DNA of 64,000 nt, taken from positions 248,001 through 312,000 of the forward strand of contig MCFH01000041.1 of the NCBI GenBank assembly GCA_002104945.1, written 5' to 3'. The position numbers were made by a program, and so were the translations under genes. The stretch's first letter is position 1. Each line of letters begins with the position of its first letter. This DNA comes from Piromyces finnis finn (taxonomy: Eukaryota > Fungi > Neocallimastigomycota). The notes beneath the pieces are model-generated. The model did not search any database. It was not told the DNA's origin and saw nothing but the letters and a program-made list of their open reading frames with translations. Shown in pieces: positions 27,401-39,195 of the stretch.

Positions 27401-28877
27401 ATCTACTCCCTCAAATTCACCATCACTAACACCATCAAATATACATTCTCAGGAATCTTCATTGAGTTCCTCACCAGTATTATTCAATCAACTATCATCA
27501 ACAAGCACCTCACCACTAATGACATCAAAACCAACAGAGGAAGTAAAGAGTATTTCTTCAACTGATTCACGAGATATTAAATTAGAATCATCTCAAACTA
27601 CTAATTCATCATCTAAAGAATCAAAAGCACCAGTATCTAATATTTCAGGAGTTTCTCAAGCTTTGATACCAAATTGTTCAATTGAATCAAAGTATCCAAC
27701 ATTAAATAGTACTGTAACATTAGTGAATAATCAAAATATGAATCAAAATTCTGTTCTTTCAGAAGATATTTCAATATATACAAATTATTCAGATGAAACA
27801 TGTATACATAATGATAATGAATCCAAATCTTGTTCAAAACTTTGTGAAGAAATAAATTGTATTAAACCAATTATGCATAGTGATACAGATATAAGAAGAA
27901 TAAAAAAAAATGAAATTGAAGATGCAAATAGTTTGCGTAAAGTTCAGTCCGTATTACAGTATTCAGATAAAAGCAAGCTATGTCAATATTATTATGATTC
28001 AATAGACAATGAAAGTTCATTGGAAATAGAAGATGAAGAAAATGGTGAAATAGTAAAGAAATCATTAAATAAGAATAATTTTGAATTGATAGAAATCAAT
28101 TCTAATAAAGTAGATCGTGAAGTAGTTACAAGTCCTATGATTTCAAAAAGTAATATAGAAAAAAGGAAATATTTCCCTACACATTCTTATGATCAAGTAG
28201 TACATCCTCAAGATTTAGAAAGAAAAGATTCGTATTACGAGTTTGAACAAAATGAAAGTAGCATGACCTTGGGAAGAAAGTATTCAGATGCATCATTTAT
28301 ATCATCATCTGTAGAACCATCCTCAAATTCTATTAATCATAACGAAAATGAGAAAACAAGAACATGTTCCATGAGTGCTATATGTGCTTCCGAAGCTTCA
28401 TCAAAGAATTTGATGGAGTCGTCAGATAAGGAAACTGTTAAAACCTCTACAACTGCTTCTGGTGAATATCCTACTCATCCACATCATCACCATCACTTTT
28501 TTGTTATTTCGAATTCAGAAGCTGATATACATTCTCCTTCCTTATTAAAATATAATAATGAATTTCTAAAAGATGGTAATTGTAATACAAGAACTGTTAT
28601 TAGCAGTCGACAGCATAGAAAATTTGATATTACAACGTCGTCTATCTCCACAAAAACTCCTTCCATTGCTTCAATTAAAACAATGTCTACTAATAGTCTT
28701 ATTAAACATAGACGAACCCCAAGTAATTCCAGTAGTATGAGTTCTCATAGTCGTTTTACAATTATAAGAGAATCTAATTCAAAAAATGTAAATAATGAAA
28801 AATCACCATTATCATCAAGTAATTCCACCACCAAAAAACAAAGTAGATTTACAGTAACTCGTAATGCAATAAATTAA
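24468..28877 (+). CDS. Large Ser/Thr/Asn-rich, probably disordered protein (1469 aa, single exon) with four [S/G]RFx[V/I] motifs
   Basis: 4.4-kb uninterrupted ORF in very AT-rich DNA. No globular domain recognised. Motifs are SRFEV, GRFTI, SRFTI and SRFTV. Confidence 0.85.
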   Translation: MQNNLMEKESVESKRLSTATSVSLSVATSASPSLLSETSFNNSILSKSPTPSSISNYVNNQIQGKETKSESEKKKLKNVLHKFFKTKKIFIGSNHGHHKKNSYSQNLGDEKNIYGYSTIGKSILNADENLSKNANTVSTSQPASLYYINNQANSTQSNIENNYLTTPNSLSQQQHLQLNEDNKFPTYYSREELELKLKSETEKNICSDKLTAKEFAAEVGIIPINEEDEDSNSVKSSHLNNVTYSSFFTNNGIQNTYNSTKSYGPRLDMSLFDPPNKISSENLNESKKTIIPEYNQRSSFGLSSSSDIDGSLGAKGALKSKDSENETIEILDIDSLSKSNIKENDIEKAEAKFTTQTRSRIKKLSRFEVEVLSGNTPKSAMINSKKPSINTLGLGEYNQSHSHPNSAKLSNSFSSPCYLNATSSLPNLNDLNKIMLKNGSGYHTTPSSPARRDYGIPKNDNVYFVCSNAQTRKPRRVSLSKHSPMNSLDEKNGKDAKEKLRIIVDIPNEDDNDSMPSSASTSSSASPIHFEAKHQYSTTTINSSVSKIDIYNLNNNETANKARNMTTTIITPEIIKAADDSKNSSSESNSLTTTPINTPSPEELKNIWIDKTIGGNTNCINKFHITNFQTEISKADNTIHTTTASHIKDAMTNTDSVVFPIQIIKTPIGGKCNTYLSDSKVTNEDIQPSRFSENKTKSLHSKNTIIDEEKNNEKSEKNNLNNKEKSEDSSNVVQVIQKGRFTIMKEHHDYKHAVSHHYKFVIIRNPSSNVLLPQTSGDSLTSSSLSSIPSYSYIDPTKNKDVKHSHKETLSTIITPTSSSGLTLDKSSMINSSSNTTSPPGSPYSTCSPTLSTISIPHQQLANIAAASLSSNLNLSEGIAYTTTIDSNGKAFESNKSEEHVLIVPTNDEKQNNLTCIQSFTSSVTPISTSLYISTITPVQTSLNKDLMHGIGPTTTPLNEDTHSTTTTPLMIHSITPSSTPSNSPSLTPSNIHSQESSLSSSPVLFNQLSSTSTSPLMTSKPTEEVKSISSTDSRDIKLESSQTTNSSSKESKAPVSNISGVSQALIPNCSIESKYPTLNSTVTLVNNQNMNQNSVLSEDISIYTNYSDETCIHNDNESKSCSKLCEEINCIKPIMHSDTDIRRIKKNEIEDANSLRKVQSVLQYSDKSKLCQYYYDSIDNESSLEIEDEENGEIVKKSLNKNNFELIEINSNKVDREVVTSPMISKSNIEKRKYFPTHSYDQVVHPQDLERKDSYYEFEQNESSMTLGRKYSDASFISSSVEPSSNSINHNENEKTRTCSMSAICASEASSKNLMESSDKETVKTSTTASGEYPTHPHHHHHFFVISNSEADIHSPSLLKYNNEFLKDGNCNTRTVISSRQHRKFDITTSSISTKTPSIASIKTMSTNSLIKHRRTPSNSSSMSSHSRFTIIRESNSKNVNNEKSPLSSSNSTTKKQSRFTVTRNAIN

Positions 28878-30400
28878 AACTATTTTTTTTTTTAAAAAAA
28901 AAAAAAAAAACATTTATTACTCAAAATAAGCAATAATTATATTATTTTATAAGAAGAAAGTGAAAATAAACAATACCTTTTTTACATACCATTAATAAAT
29001 ATTTGAATAAAAAAAATAAATAAAACATATAAATTAGATTATAGTATATATATTTTATTTTTATTTTTTTTATGCTAAATATTATTATACAATAATAGCA
29101 ATAATGAAAATGGACATCATAATAATAGTTAAAGTTTAATCGCATAATCATTTAGAAACTGAAATATAATTTTGAGAAGTGACGTGACAATATGAATTGG
29201 GAAGAAAGTATTTTTAATTTATAATTTATTTAAATAATATATTTTTATTTTATCAACATACACCTATTTTTTTCAACATTAATATATAATATCATAATTT
29301 AATTTAATTTTTTAAAAAAGTATTCCTCAACTCCTAAGCTACGATAAAAATAATAAAGCAATATTCATAATCATAATAATAGTTATAATATAAAATGTAA
29401 TAATAATAGTAAGATGATTTAGTAAAAGTTCTTATTTTTGAGGAGGCGGATTTGACTTCCTCGGAAATAATAATAATCCAGTCATCAAAAAAAAAAAAAA
29501 AGTTTAAAAAAAAAATTAAAAAAACAAAACAAAATACCATTAATAAGCAATAGTAACAACAACAACAACAACAACAAAAAAAAAATAATATTTCCTCAAC
29601 AAAAATACAAAAAAAAAAAAGCCTAACATAATAAAAACAAAATAATATATATATTTCAATTAATTATTAATAATAAATTCATTTTATTATTCGCACATAT
29701 AAAGCAAAATAATAAAAATACTAAGAATAATAATAATAAAAAAAAAAAAAAAATTAAAACTTTAACTTTTTTTGTTTTTTGTTATGGTGTTTTTATTAAA
29801 GCTTAATTATAAAAGTTTATAGATACTTTTTAAGTTTGAAAAAGAATTATTGATGATTAGTAGTATTTAAAATTTTAATGGATGTACAGAGATTATTGAA
29901 AAAAAAAAAAAAAATGTTACGTGCAATAAAAAATGTATTTAAAAAAAAAAGAGTACAAAATATTAATTGTGAATTCCAAATTTTTAAATTTACAAAAGAA
30001 AAAAAATAGGTAACACAAAAAACGAAAAAAAAAATAAAGATTAATGGTATGATTTTTTTTTTTAAAAAAAAGTATTAAAAGTATTTATGGTTTATGGTAT
30101 TAAATAAATAAATATAGGTATAATTATAATCAAGTGGTATTAACTATAGAACTTTTTTTTTTTTTTTTTTTATATTCATTATATATTATTTTTAAAGATA
30201 AGAAACTGGAAATTGCTTATATATATTAAATAGTATTTTTTTTTTTTTTAAAAAAAGTATAGAATTTAAAAAAACTTTACCATACTTTTTTTAAAAAAAT
30301 TAATTTTTATATATTCATATTATACATATTATATCAAAATTAATTAAGACTATCTTTTTTTTTTTTTTTTATTAAATTACCAAGATTATGACATCATATT

Positions 30401-31047
30401 TTATTTTATTTTGACATTGTATTGTGAGATATCAAAGGAAACATCAGAGATATATTCAGTTTCAGTGATATCCATCATATACGATTTATCATCAATAGTT
30501 CGATCAAATTCTGATGTTTCTTCACGAGGTTTTATACTGGTATCATCAATTTGGGATGTGAGATTTTCCAAATCAAATTGTTTGATGAGTTGTTCTTCGG
30601 TTTCTAATGCTCCATCCATTTCTTTCATTGTTTCTTTTATTTCTTTTACCCATTCTTGATCAGCCGATCTACGAAGCATTTTTTCATTTTTTAAAAAGGG
30701 TCTAAATTTATTATATGAATCTTGGGTATTATTATTATTATTATTATTATTATCGTTGTTGTTGTTGTTGTTGTTGTTATGGCTATTGATACTATTATAA
30801 TTATCATAATTATTATTACTATTATTACTATTATAATAGGAATTATTTCTGGAATTATTTAGTGGGTGGTATGAATTAGATATTTTATTATCAATTATTG
30901 AATGATTTGAATTAATATTAGGGTAGTTCATACTATTATAATTATTTGGATTATTAGTGTTATTATTTCCATTATTACCATAATAATTACTGGTATTACC
31001 ATTACCATTACCGTTATCATTATTATTATTATTACCATTACCATTAC

Positions 31048-31108
<61 letters not shown>

Positions 31109-33290
31109 ATTAATATCATTTATACTAATTTTATTATAGTCATTTATGGAGGTATAAGATGTTTGTTGTCGTATTCTTTTTGAATTAGAATGAGAAGATA
31201 GAGAAGGTTGTTCATACCTGTATTTTTCTGTTATTCCGCCTTTATTGAGACTAGAATTTTTATGAGCAATAGAAGATATATCTTTTGCTGTTTTTTCCTT
31301 CATACTACTTAATCTGGATGTTTTAGGTGAAGAAGAAGTAGCAGCATAATAATTATTATAATCAATGTATGGTTTTGACATTTGTTTTTTTATTTTTGAT
31401 ATTTTCATTAAATTTTCCATGATCTCATTGACTTGACTGTCCATATTGTAAAGATCGGTGGATAAAAGTTTTACTTGAATCATACCTTCTTCATTGGTTC
31501 GAAGATTTTTAACCCAGGCAAATCCATTTTCATAAATACAACCAATATCTACTACATCACCAAAATGAAGTTCAATTTCGTCTTGTTCTTTTGGTTTAAA
31601 ATCACAAATAACTCTACCATAAGGGTAGGAATTTAGATTGGCTTTTATTCGATTTAATTCCTCTTTTAATTCCCTTGTTTCTATTGTTTCTTCATCATCA
31701 TGTGTTTTTTTATGATAATTAGAAGACCAACCTCTTCCATAACTATGTTCTTCTGCACTTCCATCATTGGCTAAGCGAATATTTTCACTTTTACCATTAT
31801 TGTTATTATAATCTGTATCGTATTTCTCAATGGATGAATCTTCATCTATCATATAATTACTACTATTACTAAATTGAATGCTAACAATATCTTGATGTCG
31901 TGTATTTTCTTTTTCAAATTCATTTCTTGCGATAATATGTTCTTGTAAAGCATTTGGATGATTATAATCCGTTAATTTTGCATTTTCGTGCTTTTCCTTA
32001 CTGTTGTTATCTGTAATTGTTTCATTATTATTGTTATTAGCTATGCTGTATCTAAAAAATTTAGAAGATAATTTTTTAAATGCATTTATATTTTTCTTTT
32101 CATTTTCTGTTTCCTCCTCTTCCTCTATCATTGAATTTTGTATTGATGCGGCGTAAAAGGATCGTTCTGACATAATTTCATCTTGTTGTACATCATTAGA
32201 TGAATGATTAAAACACGAATGACACATTGAACCTCCCCTACCTCCTTCATGCTTTTTTATGAAATTTTGATAGTAAATGTAAAATAAGGATAAAAATATA
32301 ATTACACCTATTAAACTGATAATTGTTATTATCATTATTGATTTATTATTTTTTTCTAATCCACTTCTTTTATTAATATCTATAATTATTTTAAATATAT
32401 ATTTATATATTATTATTAATATTATAATTATATTATTATGCATTGATGTGGAATAAAATATAAAGAAGACTTATATTTTAATTTTTTTTTTTTTTATTTC
32501 TTATATGTATTACCTTGATAGAATATTCTATTTTTGTTGATACTATCATTGATTTCATTACCATCATCAAAATTATTATTTTGAAGAGAACTATATAAAA
32601 TATATCAAAATCAGTAACATTAATAATATGTATATCTATATAAAAAAGCATTACTTTTTATAAAATTATTAAACGATAGTTACATATATTTTAGATTTGG
32701 GAGTTGTTTCAAGAAGTCTGGTAGAGTTTTGTAAAATTCATTATTATTAATATATCTATATTTGATGAACATATAAAATATTAATTTTAAATTAATTAAA
32801 TAGAAAATAATTTTATATTAAATTTTATATTATTAAATTTTTAGCTTAGGATGGATATATACAATTTTTCTAAGTAGACTAAATTTTTTAGGTCTTTTAG
32901 AATTTTGTTCTTTACATTTAAAAAAGATAAATTTCTTTTTAATAATAAGGGTTAATTAAGTAGGAAAATAGAAAAAAAATATAAATATAGAGATAAATAA
33001 ATAAAAAATAATAATAATAGTAAGATATATATTAATACATTAATAATAATAAAAAAATTATAAAAAAAAATAGTATAATTTTTATAATGATTAACCTACA
33101 ATTCTATAATTTCATTAGTATTGAATTTACATTTAATATATTTCGATGGTACACCACAACAGGTATTTTTTGGGTTTAATAAATATTCTAAATCTAATTC
33201 ATTTAATATATTTTCAATAAATTGACATTGACCATAGCATTGCCAAACACCTAATGCTATAATGAATAATACTCTAATTAATATTCTCAT
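30401..33290 (-). CDS. Single-pass receptor-like protein: signal peptide, Cys cap, ~3 LRRs, TM, SH3, poly-Asn; ~796 aa, 5 exons
   Basis: Exons 33290-33100, 32934-32863, 32755-32684, 32590-32514, 32379-30401 join in frame with GT-AG. N-terminus MRILIRVLFIIALGVWQCYG is a signal peptide. LRR exons read LNLSFLNVKNKILKDLKNLVYLEKL and LYINNNEFYKTLPDFLKQLPNLKY. TM is IMIITIISLIGVIIFLSLFYIYY (~32339-32270). SH3 is GRVICDFKPKEQDEIELHFGDVVDI...NGFAWVKNLRTNEEGMI (~31621-31463). Confidence 0.85.
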
Positions 33291-35707
33291 ATTATTTCTT
33301 GAAGATTTTATTGATATTTAATAAAGTGAATTGATATGTTTTTTTTTATTAAAAATAGAAAAGAGATATATCTTCTTAATTATTATGTCAAAAATAATTT
33401 AAATATAAAAAAAAAAGTTTTATTTTTAAATTTCGAATGCTATGTAGTTTATTATTTTTGAAATTTGAATACTATTTTTTTTTTCTTTTCTAAATATTTA
33501 GTATATTACATATAATGATTTATTTATTGGCAATATGTTTCCGTTATGACTTTAATATTAATATATCCTTTTCATTACTTTTTTTTTTTTTTTTTCTTTT
33601 TTAATAAAGTATAGTTGTATAAAAAAAATATTTTTCGGGTGTTGTACTTTCTACTATTGAATATAATAGGATAGATATATAGGTATAAAATTTGGATAAA
33701 TTTTAGAATTAAATATTCTTCTTCTTCTTCTTATTAATTATTTATATAAAAATGTAAGTTTGAAGTCATAAAATAATTCTTTTCTTTTTTATTCTTTTAT
33801 TATTATTTTTGAAAGTTAGGTTAAAAAAAGAGAAAAATAGTTTACGAGAAGTAAAAAATTCAAAAAAAAAAAAAAAAAATAGTTGGAATTAAAAAAAAAA
33901 ATATATATAAATTAAAATTTATTTAATTATAATTTTTAATTTCTTTTTAATATATTGAAAATTATATATTAAAAAAAAAAAGTTTAAAAAAAAAATTAAT
34001 TATATAAAGAATATAATTTTTTTAATTAAAAAAAAAAAAAAGGTAATAATCTATAATAAATTTTTTTATTCCATATTAATGTATTATCATTTATATCATT
34101 TAAAACATTAGCATATTTAATATAAGAGTTCCTTGAATAGTATTAGAAAAAAAGAAATCTTAATGATAAATAGAAATATGTAATATAATATTTAATTGAA
34201 AATCCCTTTTTTTTTATTTTTTTATTTTTTCTAAAAAGATGAAGGATATTTTTATTCTTATGTTTTTTTAATATAAAATTGGAAATAGCTTTTTTTTTTT
34301 ATAATAATATTAAAAATTATTAAAAATTAGTATAACAAGGGTCATTAATAGCAATTAAATATTATTTTTTGTTATAAAAAGAAAAACAATTGGTTTTATT
34401 TATTTTTCTTTTTGTTTTGTTTTAAAACTAATAAATTAAAAATAATAATTTAGTATTAATTACATTTGTATATAGTTTCTTAAACAACATTAAAATTTAA
34501 TATCTTATTTTTTTAGGGTGATTAAAATTTCAATCAATTTGTTTTATTTGATAGTGTTAGATTGCTCTTGAGGTGTTTAGTAGAGATAAAATTTTAATGA
34601 TAAAGGTCGTGTAACTTTTTTAATTTCAAAATTATTTTATTATAAATATTTAAAACTTTATTGTATAAGCACCATCCCTTAAATGTATATTCATTTATTT
34701 TTAAACTTTTTTTTTTTTTTTATGTTTCTCCAAAAGCTTTTTTTTTTTATAAATAATAGAATAATAATAGAATTATTCTTTTTTTAATAACTTAAAGTAA
34801 AAAATTACTTTTCAATAATAATATGTAGATTTATTGAATGATAGAATAAAACTTTATAATTAGACGAAAAAAGGAAATCGGAGTTTAAACGGTATAAAAA
34901 AAAAAGAATTTTTTTTTCCTTATATTGAAAATAGTTTTATTAAATGATGAATAATTTATTTTATTTGTATTTAACAATAGAATTATCATGTTTTAATAAA
35001 ATGATAATAGTAATTTAGAATAATATTTTTATATTTATATAATTTTCATCTTTATTCATTATACAATTACAAAATGATAGTTAAAAGTATATAAATTTAG
35101 AAATTAATGATTAATGCTGCTATTTAAATTTTAATAAATTAAACATAAAACTATCCATCCTATTATAATAATTTAAAATTGTAAAAAATTAAAAGATCAT
35201 CATCCATCCTAATATATTTTAATACTTAAAATTGTTGTATAATTTCTATCAGGACACAACTTATTTTAATATATACCTATTATATTAAAATAATATAACT
35301 ATTTTGGAAATATTTCTTTTTTTTTTTTTAATTATTTATTAATAAATATTATTTAATATAAAGTTGTATTTATAAGAAAATGAGATAGAAAAAAAGATAT
35401 TAATTTAAAAATATGCAAAATTATTTTTAACTCTATATCAAAAAGTAAAAAATATGAATAAAGTTTATTATAATAATAAACTTTAAATTCTAATATCATT
35501 ATTATATCGAGGAATAAACTAAAATAAACTAAAATAAAATGATAAAGTGATTTATTTTTGAAAATAAAAATTGAATATTTTTTTGAATATTGTATGCTAT
35601 CCTTTTTTTTTTTTTTTTTTACGTATTAAAAATTATTAAAATTAACAAAGAATAAAGAAAAAAAAGTTAAAAAGATAAAGGATAGAGAGAAAAAACATAA
35701 TAAAATA

Positions 35708-38547
35708 ATGAAATTAAAATATACAAAACTTCTTTTTCAGATATTTATAGTAAAACTAATTTCTGGATATCCCATTAATTATGAGGATGCAGGTAAAGAG
35801 AACGTTTCAATAAAATCAATTAAATCCCATAATTTATTGGTTCAACAAGATGTCAGTCATGGAAGAGAAGAGTTAACGGCATACGCTTCTCAGTTTAGTA
35901 GTAGTAATTCACCACATTATAATAATAAATTTAATAAAATTCATCGATATCAAAATACTTATCATAAAAATTCTAAAAATGAAAAGGCAGTAAAAACAAG
36001 TCAAGATCAACTATTGCCTAATAATGAAACTCCAGATCGTGAATATATACCAGATCATTATATCGTTTTATTTAAAAAGGAAATAGGTGATACCACAATG
36101 TCACAACATATTAATATGATTCGTTCAATGGTAAAAATAAAAAATAATAATAATAAAACGACAAACGAAATAAAACATGTATATAATATGGATGGTTTTA
36201 GAGGTTATTATGGAAAATTTGATAAGGATACAATAAAATTTATTAAAGAATCTTCAGAGGTATAATACTATTGAAATATATTTAAAATCTTTTTTTTTTT
36301 TATGTTTTTAATTTGAATTATATCAGAGTAAAAAAATAAAATATAATTTAAAATTTAATATTATTAATATATTTAAAAAAACAATAATCAGTAAAAAAAA
36401 AAAAAAGACATTTTTTAAATTAAACTTTTATAATACAAAATTAAATGATCCTTAAAACATTTATTTTTATTTTATTCTATTTTTTTTTGTAAATAATTTA
36501 TTTGTAGGTTCTTATGATAGAAAGAGATAAAAAAATTCGCATAAACAATGATTTAAATGTTCAAATAAATGCTCCATGGAATCTTTCACGTATTTCCCGA
36601 AGACAATTCAACGAAAATAGCATTAATAAGGAAAAATATGTGTATCAACATTCCTCAGGTCAAAATATAACCGTATATGTTGTTGATACTGGTATAAATA
36701 TTCATCATGTAGAATTTGGCGGTAGAGCTACTTGGGGTAAAACTTTTAGTGAGGAAATTGAAGATGAGGATCTTAATGGTCATGGTACTCATGTTGCTGG
36801 AATTATCGGTGGAACTATTTATGGTGTGGCAAAAAAGGTAAATTTAGTTGCTGTCAAAGTAATTAATAAAAATGGGGAAGGATCCTTAAGTAATATCATA
36901 CAAGGTATTGAATTTTCTATTAATGACCATATTAGAAGAATTCAATCAAATACTTCCAAGTATCCTGTTCGTTCTGTTATAAATATTAGTTTAGGTGGTC
37001 CTCTTAGTAATATATTAAATAGAGCAGCCAATATGGTAAACCTATTCTATATAATTAAATATTATTACTAAACTCTATATATCTATTTTATGTATATTTA
37101 AATATTTTTATACTTTTTAACATTTAAAATAATAATAACAACTTATATTAAAAACATTTGAAATATTTTAATTTTGATTCAATAAATTAATATTCAAAAA
37201 TATATATAACTATATTAATAAAATAAAATATAACCAAAACATAACAACAATCAAATATAATAGGCTGTTCGTTATAATATTAATGTTGTTACAGCAGCTG
37301 GTAATGAATATGAAAACGCATGCCATTCCTCTCCAGCATCTTCTCCTAATGTTATAACAGTTGCAGCAACTAATAGTAAAGATGAAATGACAAACTATTC
37401 AAATTATGGTAATTGTGTTAATGTTTTTGCACCTGGAGATAGGATTGAATCTGCATGGACAGGCTCAAGTAATAATTTAATTAATATGTCATCTGGTACT
37501 TCTATGGCATGTCCTCATGTTGCTGGTGTTGTAGCTCTTCTTCTTGATACTGAACGTTACGCAAATTATAAGCCAAATCAAGTTTTAAAACTTGTTGAAA
37601 ATTTAAGTACTAAGAATGTTGTAAGAAAGATTCCAATTTGGAGTAATACACCAAATCGTTTAATTTATTCATCACCACCTGTTAAAGGTACTGAATTTGC
37701 CGATAATGATAAAACAAATGAAAACGAACCTGACAATTTAAATGATATTATTGATGATGATGATGATGACGATAACAAAAACAAAGGTGATGATGGTGTT
37801 GGTGATATTATTGATGATGATGATGACAAGCCAGATGATTTAGATGATGTGGTAGATGATGATGATAAGGACAAAGCAGATGATGGTGTTGGTGATATTA
37901 TTGATGATGATGATGACAAGCCAGATGATTTAGATGATGTGGTAGATGATGATGATAAGGATAAAGCAGATGATGGTGTTGGTGATATTATTGATGATGA
38001 TGATAATAATAAAAATAAAGGTGATGATGGTGTTGGCGATATTATTGATGATGATGATGACAAGCCAGACAATTTAGATGATGTGGTAGATGATGACGAT
38101 AATAAGGATAAGGCAGATGATGGTGTTGGTGATATTATTGATGATGATGATGATGATGACAAGCCAGACAATTTAGATGATGTGGTAGATGATGATAATA
38201 ACAATAATAAAAATGAATCTGGAGATTTAGATAAAATTGAAGATGAGAATAATTACGAGAATTCAAATACAAGTGATTTTGATGGAGTTGAGAATAGTGA
38301 ATATAACAATAATAAATATATCAATGATTTAAATGATGCAATTGACAACATCAATTATTATCCAGATAATTTCAATGATATAATTGGAGATATATATACT
38401 AAATTCAAGAATATCTTCATAAATAAAAGTAGAAATAATGTAGACAATACTATCAAATTAAAGAAACCTCGTCGTAAAGATAAAACATATATAAGTTATT
38501 ATCATTATGAACAAATTAAGAAAGAATACAACTTAAAAGACTATTAA
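35708..38547 (+). CDS. Secreted subtilisin-like serine protease (S8A, proteinase K/Prb1 type) with I9 propeptide and Asp-rich repeat tail; ~787 aa, 3 exons
   Basis: Exons 35708-36259, 36508-37035, 37264-38547. Signal peptide, then I9 prodomain (YIPDHYIVLFK...IKHVYNMDGFRGYYGKF). Catalytic triad motifs VVDTG, HGTHVAG and GTSMACPHVAG are intact, and the oxyanion motif AAGN is present. Confidence 0.95.
37741..38200 (+). repeat. Coding tandem repeat (90-nt core unit) giving an Asp-rich tail
   Basis: DDGVGDIIDDDD starts at 37789, 37879, 37969, 38023 and 38116. KPD[D/N]LDDVVDDD occurs four times. Confidence 0.92.
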
Positions 38548-39077
38548 ATCAATACAAAATATGTCTCATATTATTGGTGTTTTTAAGACATATCCATGCG
38601 TGTAATAGTAATATAGCCAAAAACAAAACAAAACAAATTTAAATCATTTTTATTTTTTATATTTATTTTCTGTATAATATAGTTCTGTCATATAAAAGTT
38701 TTTTTTTTTTTTTTTTTTGTATAATTAATTAAGAAATATAAAAGTAAATAATAATAAGTAAAAATAAGTAAAATCATTTGTAAAATGAGATATTAATGAA
38801 TTAAATAATTATGATTGTTACTTATACAATAACAAGTAATTAATCTCAATTTTATTATGGATGCCATAGAATTAATTAATATAATAGGTTATAAAATTGA
38901 ATGAGCCAACTTTTATTTAAATATAAATTAAAAGTTATTCATCACTCTACTATATTAACAATAATAAATGCATTATTAACTTTAAAATACTTTATATTAA
39001 ATGTATAATAATAATAAAAATATGTTTTTTTTTTTTTTTTTAATTTAAATTTGAATAACGTTCATTTAAAAAATTAT

Positions 39078-39195
39078 TATTACAATTAATATAGGCTTAT
39101 TATTATTATTATTAATATTATTACAATTAATACATTTTTATTATTACTATTATTAATATTATTACAATTAATATAGGCTTATTATTACTATTACT
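39078..39195. repeat. 41-bp minisatellite, about 3 copies
   Basis: TATTACAATTAATA recurs at 39078, 39119 and 39160. Copies 1 and 3 share TAGGCTTATTATTA. Confidence 0.75.

Noticed and set aside
29413-29486. SECIS interpretation of the 3' hairpin
   Set aside because: The ATGA pairs Watson-Crick instead of forming the GA/GA quartet, there is no apical AA, and the upstream ORF has no in-frame TGA.
37665-38204. 179-aa Ser-rich minus-strand ORF
   Set aside because: It is the antisense mirror of the GAT-rich subtilase repeat and has no independent coding signal.
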